Assembly (NCBI GenBank): GCA_964503145.1 | Contig: CAZCYV010000015.1 | Location: 20,378-84,377, forward strand | Source of the DNA: an uncultured Anaerolinea sp. | Lineage (GTDB): Bacteria; Chloroflexota; Anaerolineae; Anaerolineales; UBA4823 | Length of the DNA: 64,000 bases | Direction: 5' to 3' | Shown: in pieces, positions 29,767 to 39,403 of the stretch | Position numbering within the stretch: the first letter of the stretch is position 1 | Layout: each line of letters starts with the position of its first letter | Position numbers and translations under genes: made by a program | Notes under the pieces: model-generated | Told to the model about the DNA's origin: nothing | Database searches by the model: none | What the model saw: only the letters and a program-made list of their open reading frames with translations

Positions 29767-31032
29767 ATGAACAGTATCAACTGGCAATTCATTTTCAATG
29801 CACTTATCCTGTCAGTTTTGCCTGTTGTGGTTGCTGGTGTTTGGATATTTGCTTCTCGCAGAGGCAACTCCAGCGGGCAATCTGCGTTGCTTCCAGCGGC
29901 TCATACCACGCTCATAGACCGTTTGGAGGCGGCAGCTTTCATCCTGGATCTGAATGGCAAAATCGCCGAGATCAATCTGGCGGCGGCAAAGCTTTGCGCC
30001 ATTGGCAAAGAGCAGGCCAAAGGTCAGACGCTTTCCTCCCTGCTTCCCTGGTGGGAGGAGGTCGAGCGAGGCTGTAATGGCTGCATCGAGCTGCAGAAAG
30101 ATGTCCAGGTGATGGTCTCGGGGCTGAAGCGGCAGTACAACGTACAAATCACCCCGATTTGGGATCAGCAGCAAAACCTGACCGGCAGGCTGGTCTTGAT
30201 CCGCTACCTCATGGCGGAAAAGATCACCGAGGGAGTGCTGTCTCTCACTTCTGTTCGGGCTGAATTCCTGGCCAAGGTCTCCCATGAGTTGCGCACGCCG
30301 CTGACCAGCATTCTAGGGATCAGCGAGATGCTGGACTATGGGGTCTATGGCCCGCTTTCGCGCGAGCAAAAGGAAGCCTTGCGCTTGATTTCGGATAGCT
30401 CACAGCAAATGGTGCGCCTGGTCAACGACTTGCTCGAGCAAACCCGACTGGAGCAAGGCGCGCTGCAACTGGACATCGCCGATTTCGTGATGGACGATCT
30501 GATCGACCGCCTGCGGGTGAACACGATTTATGCGGCGCGCGCCAAGGGCCTGAGCCTGGAATTCGAGATCGAGCCAGATGTGCCATCCATTGTGCGCGGC
30601 GATGCGTTGCGCTTGTACCAGATCTTGAGGAACCTGGTCGATAATGCGATCAAGTACACCAACCAGGGTCAGGTCAAGGTGCGGGTTTACTCCTGTGGGC
30701 GCAATCGCTGCGCATTCGAGGTCTCGGACACCGGGATTGGCATCCCCAAAGAACAACAGTCCCTGATTTACCAGCCTTTCCTTCGCATCTATCCGCAGCA
30801 TGGACAAAATGGAAATGGCAAAGGCAACGGGAATGGAAATGGCAACGGCCACAGCAACGGCAACGGATATCGACAGACAGATGGCTTTGGTTTAGGCCTG
30901 TCAATTGTCAAGCAATTGGTCACCTTGATGGGTGGGGAGATCGAACTGGATAGCGAAGTAAATCGGGGGAGCATATTCACGGTGAAGCTGCCGCTCGAAG
31001 CAGTCAGCGAAACTGTGCGCTCACTAAAATAA
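29767..31032 (+). CDS. Membrane sensor histidine kinase (TM + PAS + HisKA + HATPase_c)
   Basis: N-terminal TM, PAS-like segment, H-box SHELRTPLTSI, N-box NLVDNAIKYT, G1 VSDTGIGIP, G2 GFGLGLSIV. Confidence 0.9.
   Translation: MNSINWQFIFNALILSVLPVVVAGVWIFASRRGNSSGQSALLPAAHTTLIDRLEAAAFILDLNGKIAEINLAAAKLCAIGKEQAKGQTLSSLLPWWEEVERGCNGCIELQKDVQVMVSGLKRQYNVQITPIWDQQQNLTGRLVLIRYLMAEKITEGVLSLTSVRAEFLAKVSHELRTPLTSILGISEMLDYGVYGPLSREQKEALRLISDSSQQMVRLVNDLLEQTRLEQGALQLDIADFVMDDLIDRLRVNTIYAARAKGLSLEFEIEPDVPSIVRGDALRLYQILRNLVDNAIKYTNQGQVKVRVYSCGRNRCAFEVSDTGIGIPKEQQSLIYQPFLRIYPQHGQNGNGKGNGNGNGNGHSNGNGYRQTDGFGLGLSIVKQLVTLMGGEIELDSEVNRGSIFTVKLPLEAVSETVRSLK
30808..30867 (+). repeat. In-frame (AAY-GGN)n tract encoding NGNGKGNGNGNGNGHSNGNG inside the kinase ATP-lid
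   Basis: Read directly: aat gga aat ggc aaa ggc aac ggg aat gga aat ggc aac ggc cac agc aac ggc aac gga. Confidence 0.9.
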
Positions 31033-31052
31033 CCTTTACTTGATCGGCAGCG

Positions 31053-31087
31053 CACTCCCCTGCTTGAATTATCCAAGCAGGGGAGTG
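31053..31087. terminator. Bidirectional hairpin terminator between convergent genes
   Basis: Perfect 14-bp stem CACTCCCCTGCTTG / CAAGCAGGGGAGTG with a 7-nt loop, between the HK stop (31032) and the TPR gene stop (31093). Confidence 0.6.
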
Positions 31088-31092
31088 ATGAT

Positions 31093-32850
31093 TTAAGGGG
31101 TGGGTGTGACCGTAGAGCTATCTACGTCCATGATGAGCACCCAGCCAATGACCGACTTGTCCGGTCCTTGATATTCCACCAGGACGCACTCTCGATTGAA
31201 CTGATCGAATCGGCGCTCGGAGGGCAAGAAGCGCAGCAGGCCGCCTTGCGGGATGCGACTGATGGCGTTGAAGCCTTCGTAGCAGCCGCTGCGCGCCCAA
31301 ACCTCCCGCAGAGTAACGCCTGCAATCGGGGTGGGTGTTGGCAGAGGCGTGTGGGTGGCGGTTGGGGTCAGCGTAGCAGTTGGGGTAGGGGTCAATGATG
31401 GTGTGACCGTGGGGGTGGGGGTGAAAGTCGCCGTGGCTGTCGGCGTGAGCGAAAGCAAGTAGCTTTGGAAACGACCGTAGGCGAAATAGCCTGCGCCCAG
31501 GAGCGCCAGAAGCAGCAGGACGGCCCCTCCAACCTTGATCGCGCCGCGCAGAAAATGGTATCTGGCCAGCGAGCGATTGAGGCGAACTACTCCGGGATCG
31601 TTGGGGTAATGCTGGCGCACCTCGAGGCTGATCCGATCTGCCTGGGCCGGCCAACTGCGGTTGTTCTCGTAGGAGGCGGTCGCCTGGGCAAGTTCATCCT
31701 GATAGCGGGCAACGTTGCGCATCAATCGATCCACTTCGTTTTGCAAGTGATCCAGATCCTCGTCCAGGCCGGCCAGGTTGCGGATCTGGTCGAGTTGGGC
31801 GCGCGCCTGACGGGCCAGATACATGGCTTCGTCAAGGGTCGTGGCACGCTCCACCTGGGCCTTCAGTGCCCGCGCCTGTTCCTGAAGCGGGGCGACGGCG
31901 CGCGGCATGACCGACTCCAGGCGCGCCCGCAAGCGCACGATGGCTGGGTTTTCTCCATATTCCGCAGTGAGCAAGTCCAGGTCAGCCTTAGCTTGGGTCA
32001 CCACTTTTGGTTCGATGTTGGGTGAACTGAGCGCCTCGTTGATGCTACGGGTGATCTCTTTGACCCGGCGCAGCGCCTGGGCGCGGTCGGTGTACTTGGG
32101 CAAACCGGTGGCGCGGGCGGCGGTCTCAACGCGCTCGATGGCCTCGTCGATCTTACCTTGCTCGAAAAACTGCATCCCCTCGTTGTAAGTGTTTTCGGCG
32201 TCGATGTTTTCCTGGAGTTTCTGTTCGAATTCCAGGCCCTCCTGCCAGCGCTGGATTCCCAGCTCGCGCATCACACTCTGCGCCCGAGAGAGCAGGGCCA
32301 AAGCGTCTGCATAGCGCCCAACCCGTGCGGCGGACTGCGCTTTACCAAACGCAGAGGCTGCCTCTGCGGGCAGCGCCACCGGCGGAATATAGCCGGTGCG
32401 CAAATAGTTCTCCGATTCGGCGCGGTGCTGTCGCGCCCGCTCCCAGCCAGGCTCGAGCTGGAGGACGCGATCGAACAGCTTGATGGCTTCGGCATACCGT
32501 CCGCTATAAAAGAGCTTCTCTGCGTCTTCCATCTGCTGGTCGGCCAGCGGATCGCGTGGGCGGGCGGCCGCGCGCATCGCTTCTGCAGCCGACCCTTCGA
32601 TTCCGGCGGCGGGCGGTTGACCGCTGGCTGCTTCTGCCTGGGAGGCGTCGCTTTCTTCGATCTGGCGCAGGCGATTCTTCAGATCACGGCGCAGGTCTTG
32701 CGCCTGGTTACGTTGCTCGGCGCTCAGATCCTGAAATTCGGCGGAAGCGATGAATTCTTCCACCTCCAGCAAGGCCTTGCGCAATTCGACCACAGGGGGA
32801 TTTTCCTGGTCGAGCAAGGCAGCAATTTCACTTTGAAGGTTTTCGATCAT
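31093..32850 (-). CDS. TPR-repeat protein with C-terminal TM, Thr/Pro linker and SH3b-like domain
   Basis: TPR-like units (AEKLFYSGRYAEAIKLFDRVLQLEP, GRYADALALLSRAQ, FFEQGKIDEAIERVE). TM segment GGAVLLLLALLGAGYFAY. PTATATFTPTPTVTPSLTPTPTATLTPTATHTPLPTPTP linker. Small beta-rich C-terminal domain. Confidence 0.75.
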   Translation of the reverse strand: MIENLQSEIAALLDQENPPVVELRKALLEVEEFIASAEFQDLSAEQRNQAQDLRRDLKNRLRQIEESDASQAEAASGQPPAAGIEGSAAEAMRAAARPRDPLADQQMEDAEKLFYSGRYAEAIKLFDRVLQLEPGWERARQHRAESENYLRTGYIPPVALPAEAASAFGKAQSAARVGRYADALALLSRAQSVMRELGIQRWQEGLEFEQKLQENIDAENTYNEGMQFFEQGKIDEAIERVETAARATGLPKYTDRAQALRRVKEITRSINEALSSPNIEPKVVTQAKADLDLLTAEYGENPAIVRLRARLESVMPRAVAPLQEQARALKAQVERATTLDEAMYLARQARAQLDQIRNLAGLDEDLDHLQNEVDRLMRNVARYQDELAQATASYENNRSWPAQADRISLEVRQHYPNDPGVVRLNRSLARYHFLRGAIKVGGAVLLLLALLGAGYFAYGRFQSYLLSLTPTATATFTPTPTVTPSLTPTPTATLTPTATHTPLPTPTPIAGVTLREVWARSGCYEGFNAISRIPQGGLLRFLPSERRFDQFNRECVLVEYQGPDKSVIGWVLIMDVDSSTVTPTP

Positions 32851-32899
32851 GTAAAAAGCCGATCCCTTTCGAAAGCTGTATTTCGGATTGAGCGCTACA

Positions 32900-35884
32900 T
32901 CAACTCACCAATTCCAGCAGCTTCAGGTAAATCGTGTGAAGATCTTCGCGCAATTGCCTGGCGCTGGAATAACTGCCAGCCAGCACGGTCTCCAGCATAT
33001 CCTTTACATCCTTGGGCAAGCGGCGGTCGTCATAGGTCCAGTTGACCGCATAGCTACGGGCAGCGGCTTCGATTTCGTCCGGGCGATTTGGGCCAAGCGG
33101 CAGCGCGCCAGGAGCCGGGCGACCGGTGAGGATGTAATGCAGGGCGCGTGCCCCGAATTGCACCAAGTCGAATTGAATCTCATTCGGCGAAAGTCCTTCC
33201 GGGTAGCGCCTGGCGACATTCCAATCCAGCATGAATATCCCATTATATTCATTTTGCCAGTAGTAATGCAGGATTTTGTGGTCACGATAGACGATGTTCC
33301 TACCGTGGGCTACTTCCAGGATGTCGCAAATCTGGATCGCCATGATCAGTCCGTCCAGGATGGGCAGAAAGCGCCCACGGGTGTGGCCGGTGTCGCATAG
33401 CAGCAGCAAGTTATCGCTTTGCTTTTGCGGCTCGATTGCCAGGTAGGGGATCCATCCTTGCGAAGCCTTTTTTTCGATATCGGCCAGGAAGTTGTGGACG
33501 GAATCCAGGCCGTAGCGGATGACCTTGCCGGTTAGCGCTTCAGCAGAGGCGGTGCGATCTTCTGAAGGTAGAGAAGGCTGATCCAACTGGATGAATCCGC
33601 ATTCTAACAAGGGCACCACGCCGGTCACATCGCGCAGCAGGCTGAGGATGCGCGTTTCCTCTACGAACAGCGGTAAGGCATATTCGAGGCGATCGGGGCG
33701 CATCAGCTTCATAGCGGCATGGCGCGGCGGTCCAGAGATGGCAGCCAGTTGACCCAGGAAAACCCGCGCTGAAGAGCCACGCGCCTCGTGGACCCAGGCG
33801 TCGAGCGCCGCTCCTAGTTTCACGCCAGCATCGCTACCAAGCGCTGCTTCCTTGACCCCAAACAGGAGTGGGCGCGACTCTGTTGGTAAGGCGATGCGCT
33901 CGATGGAGATGGTTTTGTTTGGAGAAACGAGCACCGGATGGCGTGGCTCCAGTTCGATCAACCAACCCAGCGCGTCGCGAACTTCGGGATGCGCTACCAG
34001 CACATCTGTTGGATCAGCGCCGCGGCGGAGTTGTCTGAATGCTTCCAGCAAGGAGTCCAGCCATTCTGCCGGCGCCACCTGGTTGCGCAAGTCGCGCCCA
34101 ATCAACTCGTGGTGGGTAATCCAGTCCTGCAGTGGTTCATCACCGGTGTGTCCTTGTCGGACTTGCGCCAGCCATGAAGGAGTGTTCGCGATCGCCTGGT
34201 CGGCTTTCAGCAGGCGGCTGCGATCGGGATCCCAGAGCAGGATCCGCCGCAAGGCTCGGCGAGCGGTGTCGAAGTCTTTTTGCTCCCAGGCATCCAGCGC
34301 AATTCGAACCTGGGCGCGCGGCTGGTCGAGCGCCTGGATCAAAGACTGCGCCACATCTGGCAAGAGTTGCTGGATCCGCTCCATGTAGTGCTGAATGTCT
34401 TGATAGTCTATTCCAGAAGCCGGTGGATCAGGCTCGAGTTGTGTCCAGCGGGGCAAGGCTTCTTGTTTGAGTTCTCCCGCCAGGCTCTGGTAGGGCTCGG
34501 GATCAGTGGATTGCAAGGCCTGCGCCTGCAGGGCGTGGATCAGCCGGTTGAGCGCTACCAGCGGACGCAGGGAGTCGCTCCCTGTCTCTTGCTGGCGAAT
34601 CTTGCTGCTCAGTTCGTCCCACCAGGGGGGTTCGGGCTGATTCAGGGCGGTCGAACGCAACTCCCAAAGCGCCGAGGCCCAATCTCCCATCAAGCCGTAA
34701 AGCAATGCATTGCGCGAGACATTGCCATCTTGGGCTCCCTTTGTCATCAGGTACACCAGGCGACAATGGTCGGCGTTCAGGAACGGCGTTTGTTTAGCCA
34801 AATCGCACAAGCGAATTACACCAGAAAGATCGTCTTGCTGGATCAGATTCTGCCCAAAACGCTGAAAGAAGCGCTCCGCGCTCTGATAATCGGGAACTTC
34901 ACCCAGGTCGAAAATCTGGTGATGCAACTGCGTCAACCGTTCCATCTGCTCGAAGTCTGGAGCAATGCTTTCCAGAATATCTGCTTCCTCGCGCTTTGCT
35001 CGGGAGAGCGCCTGGATTTCCAATTCCAGGGCCGCCTCCAGCCGTTCTTTCAAGGGCAAGATATTCGAGGCGTACACGCTGGCTGGGGAAGTCTCCTGGG
35101 ACCATTCCAGGCGTCGATAAAGCGCGGGGGCGTAATCCTGCAGGAAGCGCCCCATTTCTTGCAGAAACTGCTGATAGTCGCCAGTGCGAGAATACAGACG
35201 GTCTTTGGTGATCCCATCTGCTGCGACGAATTGGGCGTTTCCCCAGTCGATGATCGTGAAGCTGGACTCGCCGGGATTCCAGAAGATATGCTCCGGTTTG
35301 ACATCGTTCCAGAGAATGCCGTAGGCTTTTTCAGTGAAAGTCTCTATTTCGAGTGTGTGAATGGCCTCCAAGAATTCCAGCAGACCCTTCATGGCGCGCA
35401 ATAAGACCAGTTCGGGCAATTTGCCAGACGCAGCCAGATGCTCCAGGAAGGAGCGTTCCATCAGCGAATGATGGAGCGAAGCGGCTGGGCCGAAAGTCGG
35501 TCTGATGTCGCTTTTGCCAAAACGGGCGACCTGAGCCAGAGTAGTCAGGCTCAGGCCTGGGGCGGGCGTGATGACGATGAAGAAACGCTCCGAAAACTCT
35601 GTGCCGCTTTCACTGCGGTCGAGCAAAATAGGGGCGTGCAACCCCAGCCTGGTTGTGTCCAGACGTTCCAGCAGGCGCAAAACGCGCCCTTCTTGTTCGA
35701 TTTGAGTGGCCTGGCGGATGATGTCGCTTGGGAATGCGTTGCGCCGCGGCCGCTTCAAGATCGCAATGCGGTGCTCTATCAGGGATTCGACGCGGTAAAC
35801 TTCACCAGCATCTCCTTCGCCCAGTTTTTCCAGTAAATTCCAGGCGCGTTGCTGCCCGGCTGCGGTTTCCAGTGGGAGATTCAC
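32900..35884 (-). CDS. 994-aa protein with two atypical protein-kinase-like domains separated by a helical region
   Basis: N-terminal domain: LGEGDAGEVYRV, AILKRP, WNDVKPEHIF, IIDWGNAQF. C-terminal domain: AAMKLMRP, IVYRDHKILHYYW, FMLDWNVARRY. Both keep the catalytic-loop Asp/Lys and the DFG-position Asp. Both carry His where Asn is expected and Trp where Phe is expected. Confidence 0.75.
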   Translation of the reverse strand: MNLPLETAAGQQRAWNLLEKLGEGDAGEVYRVESLIEHRIAILKRPRRNAFPSDIIRQATQIEQEGRVLRLLERLDTTRLGLHAPILLDRSESGTEFSERFFIVITPAPGLSLTTLAQVARFGKSDIRPTFGPAASLHHSLMERSFLEHLAASGKLPELVLLRAMKGLLEFLEAIHTLEIETFTEKAYGILWNDVKPEHIFWNPGESSFTIIDWGNAQFVAADGITKDRLYSRTGDYQQFLQEMGRFLQDYAPALYRRLEWSQETSPASVYASNILPLKERLEAALELEIQALSRAKREEADILESIAPDFEQMERLTQLHHQIFDLGEVPDYQSAERFFQRFGQNLIQQDDLSGVIRLCDLAKQTPFLNADHCRLVYLMTKGAQDGNVSRNALLYGLMGDWASALWELRSTALNQPEPPWWDELSSKIRQQETGSDSLRPLVALNRLIHALQAQALQSTDPEPYQSLAGELKQEALPRWTQLEPDPPASGIDYQDIQHYMERIQQLLPDVAQSLIQALDQPRAQVRIALDAWEQKDFDTARRALRRILLWDPDRSRLLKADQAIANTPSWLAQVRQGHTGDEPLQDWITHHELIGRDLRNQVAPAEWLDSLLEAFRQLRRGADPTDVLVAHPEVRDALGWLIELEPRHPVLVSPNKTISIERIALPTESRPLLFGVKEAALGSDAGVKLGAALDAWVHEARGSSARVFLGQLAAISGPPRHAAMKLMRPDRLEYALPLFVEETRILSLLRDVTGVVPLLECGFIQLDQPSLPSEDRTASAEALTGKVIRYGLDSVHNFLADIEKKASQGWIPYLAIEPQKQSDNLLLLCDTGHTRGRFLPILDGLIMAIQICDILEVAHGRNIVYRDHKILHYYWQNEYNGIFMLDWNVARRYPEGLSPNEIQFDLVQFGARALHYILTGRPAPGALPLGPNRPDEIEAAARSYAVNWTYDDRRLPKDVKDMLETVLAGSYSSARQLREDLHTIYLKLLELVS

Positions 35885-35899
35885 GAGGGCTATTTTATC

Positions 35900-36772
35900 T
35901 TAATAGTTGGTGATCACATCGATCAAGCCACGCTCGCGTGCTTTTTCCTCGCACCAGCGGAAGGTGAAGCGCGCCAGCAGGGCGAAGACGGCGCTCAAAC
36001 CAAGCAAGATGCCCAGAAGCTCCGGATTCGAAAGGCGACTCAAGGTGGGAAAAGCCTGGGCGACCTGCCCTACCAGGGCGCGCCGCATCAGCTCCAGCCA
36101 ATAGGTGATTGGCATTAAGAAGCCGATCCAGCGCAGCCAGGCCGGCAGAACTTCGAGCGGGAAAATGGCGCCGCTGAAAAGGTAGAGCGCGCCGGCGACT
36201 GCTTCGCCAATCCCCCACATGTGATGAACCAGTAACAGCATCGTCCCCGCCAGGATCAGGCCGATCAAGGCCATCATGTTTACCCCCAACGCCAGGCTGA
36301 CCAGCAACAGGGGCCAGTCGATGGCCTGGAATTGCAGTTGAACGTCGAGGAAAGCCACGCCGAAGAAGAGGGTGATGGCGACCGCGATAGCGCCGATCAG
36401 GAAATTGGCAACGCCGCGACCTAGCAGATAGGTCGGATAGTGGATCGGTGAGGCATAGATGTACTTTAAGGTCTTGTAATGCTCCCGGTCATCAATGACC
36501 GACCAGGCCAGCCCGTTCAAGATGCGCCCAACGATGATGTAGCAGGCATTCCCAACGTAAATGTAGGTAAAGAGGGCGCTCGTAAAGTCGCCTTGGGTGA
36601 TGACGCCGTACATCACTACCAGGATCAGCGCGCTGGCAAGAGGTTTGACCAGCGAATAGATCGCGAACAGGAAGGGGTCGGTCCAGTTCGATTCGATTTG
36701 CCAGCCCAGCCAGGTGGAAATGGCAAATGAGCGCCAGAAGATGCGGTAACGTTGCCTCAGCTTCTCCAACAT
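35900..36772 (-). CDS. ABC-2 type transporter permease
   Basis: 290 aa, 6 helices, typical ABC-2 layout. 15 nt upstream of the kinase-like gene. Confidence 0.8.
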   Translation of the reverse strand: MLEKLRQRYRIFWRSFAISTWLGWQIESNWTDPFLFAIYSLVKPLASALILVVMYGVITQGDFTSALFTYIYVGNACYIIVGRILNGLAWSVIDDREHYKTLKYIYASPIHYPTYLLGRGVANFLIGAIAVAITLFFGVAFLDVQLQFQAIDWPLLLVSLALGVNMMALIGLILAGTMLLLVHHMWGIGEAVAGALYLFSGAIFPLEVLPAWLRWIGFLMPITYWLELMRRALVGQVAQAFPTLSRLSNPELLGILLGLSAVFALLARFTFRWCEEKARERGLIDVITNY

Positions 36773-36778
36773 ACAGCA

Positions 36779-37627
36779 TTACCTGCGGCTTTCCGTCAGT
36801 CGGCCCTCTTGTATGGCCAGCTTTTCCATATAGGCCAGTAAGTAATAAGCGCCGATCAGGAATAGCACACACAAGATGATCAGCAGGAGGATCTCTATTC
36901 CGACGTTCAGGAAACCCAACGCCGGGCCAGATGGGAAGATGAGTTGACGCATGGCATCCATGCCCAGCGTGAGCGGGATGATGGAGGCTCCTACTGCGAC
37001 CCAAAAGCCCAGATTCTTGACCGGGAAGTAGAAGCCAGAGAGCAGGTAAACCGGTTCTTGGGCCAGGTTTGCCAGGTGCCAGGCCTCCCGGCTTAGCAAC
37101 AGAAAGGCCGAAGCGGACATCATCCCCATGCCGTAGAGCGCCACCATTGCCAGAACAAAGACGGCAAAGAGCTGAACGAAACTGGCGACCTGATACTGTA
37201 CGCCGAACAGCCAGCTTCCAATGCCGATGATCACCAGGGCGCGCAAGGTAGAAGCGACCAGACCGCCCAGCGCCATGCCCAACAGGATGGCCATCATCGA
37301 GCCAGGCGCCATGATATACAACGCTAAGTTCCCCTGCTCCTTCTCCCAATAGAGCTGGCTGGACATAGACCACAAGACGTTCAACCAGAAGGCGGTCATT
37401 GCGCCTCCCAGCACCACGAAGCCAACGTATTCTTCGGGCGCGCCGATGGCGCGGTAAATGAATACATACGCTGCGACCGAGAGCAGGGGTAGAAAGATTT
37501 CGAAGAACATCCACGACTTCTCGCGCTGCTGACCGATGACCCGCGGGTAGGCGCGGGCTACGACGGTCTGCAGGAAAAGCCGCCAACCGGTGTTCTTGGG
37601 GACGCGCAGGGCGGGAGAGTCAAGCAT
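36779..37627 (-). CDS. ABC-2 type transporter permease (second subunit)
   Basis: Trimmed to the ATG at 37627 (MLDSPALRV...), 16 nt after the ATPase stop. 6 helices. Confidence 0.8.
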   Translation of the reverse strand: MLDSPALRVPKNTGWRLFLQTVVARAYPRVIGQQREKSWMFFEIFLPLLSVAAYVFIYRAIGAPEEYVGFVVLGGAMTAFWLNVLWSMSSQLYWEKEQGNLALYIMAPGSMMAILLGMALGGLVASTLRALVIIGIGSWLFGVQYQVASFVQLFAVFVLAMVALYGMGMMSASAFLLLSREAWHLANLAQEPVYLLSGFYFPVKNLGFWVAVGASIIPLTLGMDAMRQLIFPSGPALGFLNVGIEILLLIILCVLFLIGAYYLLAYMEKLAIQEGRLTESRR

Positions 37628-37643
37628 CGGCAGGGGTCCTGTT

Positions 37644-38654
37644 CTAGCCTTCTGTTTCGGCGCGCTCGACTTCTGCCATGCTGCGGCCGACCAGCTCGAC
37701 AAATACGTCCTCCAGCGTCGGTTCGCGCTTTTGGAGATTGAGCAGGTGAATGTTGGCGCGCGTCAGCATACTGACGACGTTGGGAAGTACATCGTCGGCG
37801 GCCAAGATCATCTCGATGGCGTCAAAGCCGTCGTGTGGGGTTCGGATGACTTTGCGCACGCCCGGCAACGCGTTGAGCGCCTCGATGGAGACGCCGTTCA
37901 GCGCATTGACCTCGATACGGTAGATGGCATCCTTTTGGAGCGCCCGCTTGAGGTTGGCCGGCGAATCGCAGGCCAGAACCCGGCCTTTGTTGATAATCGC
38001 CACCCGGTCGCACAACTCGTCGGCCTCTACCATGTAATGAGTGGTGAGCAGCAGGGTGCGGCTGGGATCTCTGTCCACCCAGGCGCGGATGAACTGGCGC
38101 ACTTCACGCGATGCGCCAACGTCCAGCCCAAGCGTTGGCTCGTCGAGAAATAATACATCTGGGTCGGTCAGGAAGCCGCGCACGATGTTCATCTTCTGGC
38201 GCAGACCGGTCGAAAGATCGGACGATTTAGTGTTCATGCGATCCGCCAGGCCCACGATCTCCAAAAGCTCTTTGATGCGTTGGTTGGCTATCTTGGTTGG
38301 AATGCCGTAAAACTGGGCGAACATCCACAGGTTTTCGCGCACCGTGAGCAGCCCATAGCCGGATGATTCGCCGCCGGAAACCATGTTGATGCGCTGGCGT
38401 ACCTGGCTGGCCTGGCGAACGACGTCGAACCCGGCAACCATTGCCTGACCCTGGCTCGGCGCTAACAAGGTGGTCAGGATTTTGATCATCGTGGTCTTCC
38501 CAGCGCCATTGGGACCGAGCAAGCCAAACAACTCGCCGGGGTGCACTTCGAGATTGACCTGTTGCAAGGCGGTGAGCGACTTCGGCTCGGATTTTTTGCC
38601 GCCGCGTATTTTGTAGATGCGCCACAAATCGGTGGCTTTGATGGCAAAATTCAT
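37644..38654 (-). CDS. ABC transporter ATP-binding protein (DrrA/NodI-like)
   Basis: GLLGPNGAGKTT (Walker A), LSTGLRQK (signature), LFLDEPTLGLD (Walker B), plus a C-terminal extra domain. Confidence 0.93.
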   Translation of the reverse strand: MNFAIKATDLWRIYKIRGGKKSEPKSLTALQQVNLEVHPGELFGLLGPNGAGKTTMIKILTTLLAPSQGQAMVAGFDVVRQASQVRQRINMVSGGESSGYGLLTVRENLWMFAQFYGIPTKIANQRIKELLEIVGLADRMNTKSSDLSTGLRQKMNIVRGFLTDPDVLFLDEPTLGLDVGASREVRQFIRAWVDRDPSRTLLLTTHYMVEADELCDRVAIINKGRVLACDSPANLKRALQKDAIYRIEVNALNGVSIEALNALPGVRKVIRTPHDGFDAIEMILAADDVLPNVVSMLTRANIHLLNLQKREPTLEDVFVELVGRSMAEVERAETEG

Positions 38655-38785
38655 GGCTTGATCGACAAAAATATCAAGATTGTTGGCTGAGTGTAGGGTA
38701 ATCGTAGGTTAATCGTCGAGTAAGAAATCGAGGTCTCTGGTATAGTAGGAATCGAAGGGCGATTTCTCTTCTTCTCCTCCTTAGA

Positions 38786-38814
38786 GAGAGCCGGGGGCGG
38801 CGAACCCGGCTCTC
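38786..38814 (-). terminator. Stem-loop downstream of tag (possible terminator, no U-tract)
   Basis: Perfect 10-bp stem GAGAGCCGGG / CCCGGCTCTC with a 9-nt loop, 26 nt after the tag stop. It lacks a T-run on either strand. Confidence 0.35.
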
Positions 38815-38839
38815 GGTGATTCTAAGGCCAGAGTGGGAA

Positions 38840-39403
38840 TTATATCTGGTGGTAACGAAAACAATCGACGGTGTGATCGTTTACCATGCCGGTTGCCTGC
38901 ATGTGGGCGTAGCAGATGGTCGAGCCAACAAAGCGAAAGCCGCGTCGCAGCAAGTCTTTGCTCATGGCGTCGGATTCGGCGGTGCGAGCGGGTATCTCTG
39001 CCACGCTGGTCCAGGCGTTCTTGCGCGTTTTGCCGTCGGTAAAACGCCAGATGTAGGCGTCGAAGCTGCCAAATTCTTCGACGACTTTGAGAAAAGCGCG
39101 CGCGTTGGTGACCGTAGCCTGGACTTTGAGACGGTTACGAATGATGCCAGGGTTAGCGAGCAGCTCGGCGATTTTATTCTCGTCATAGGCGGCGATCTTG
39201 TGTGGATCAAAACCATCGAATGCCTGGCGAAAGTTTTCGCGTTTGTAGAGGATGGTGCGCCAGCTCAAACCGGCCTGAAAACCTTCCAGGATGAGAAACT
39301 CCCATAGTTTGTAGTCATCATGGATGGGGACGCCCCATTCCAGATCATGGTAATCCACGTACAGCGGGTCGTTAAGCGGGACCCAGGCGCAGCGTTGAAG
39401 CAT
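38840..39403 (-). CDS. tag: DNA-3-methyladenine glycosylase I
   Basis: RCAWVPLNDPLYVDYHDLEWGVPIHDD..LFEFLILEGFQAGLSW...CYAHMQATGMVNDH is colinear with Tag, including Zn-ligand Cys/His positions. Confidence 0.92.
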   Translation of the reverse strand: MLQRCAWVPLNDPLYVDYHDLEWGVPIHDDYKLWEFLILEGFQAGLSWRTILYKRENFRQAFDGFDPHKIAAYDENKIAELLANPGIIRNRLKVQATVTNARAFLKVVEEFGSFDAYIWRFTDGKTRKNAWTSVAEIPARTAESDAMSKDLLRRGFRFVGSTICYAHMQATGMVNDHTVDCFRYHQI

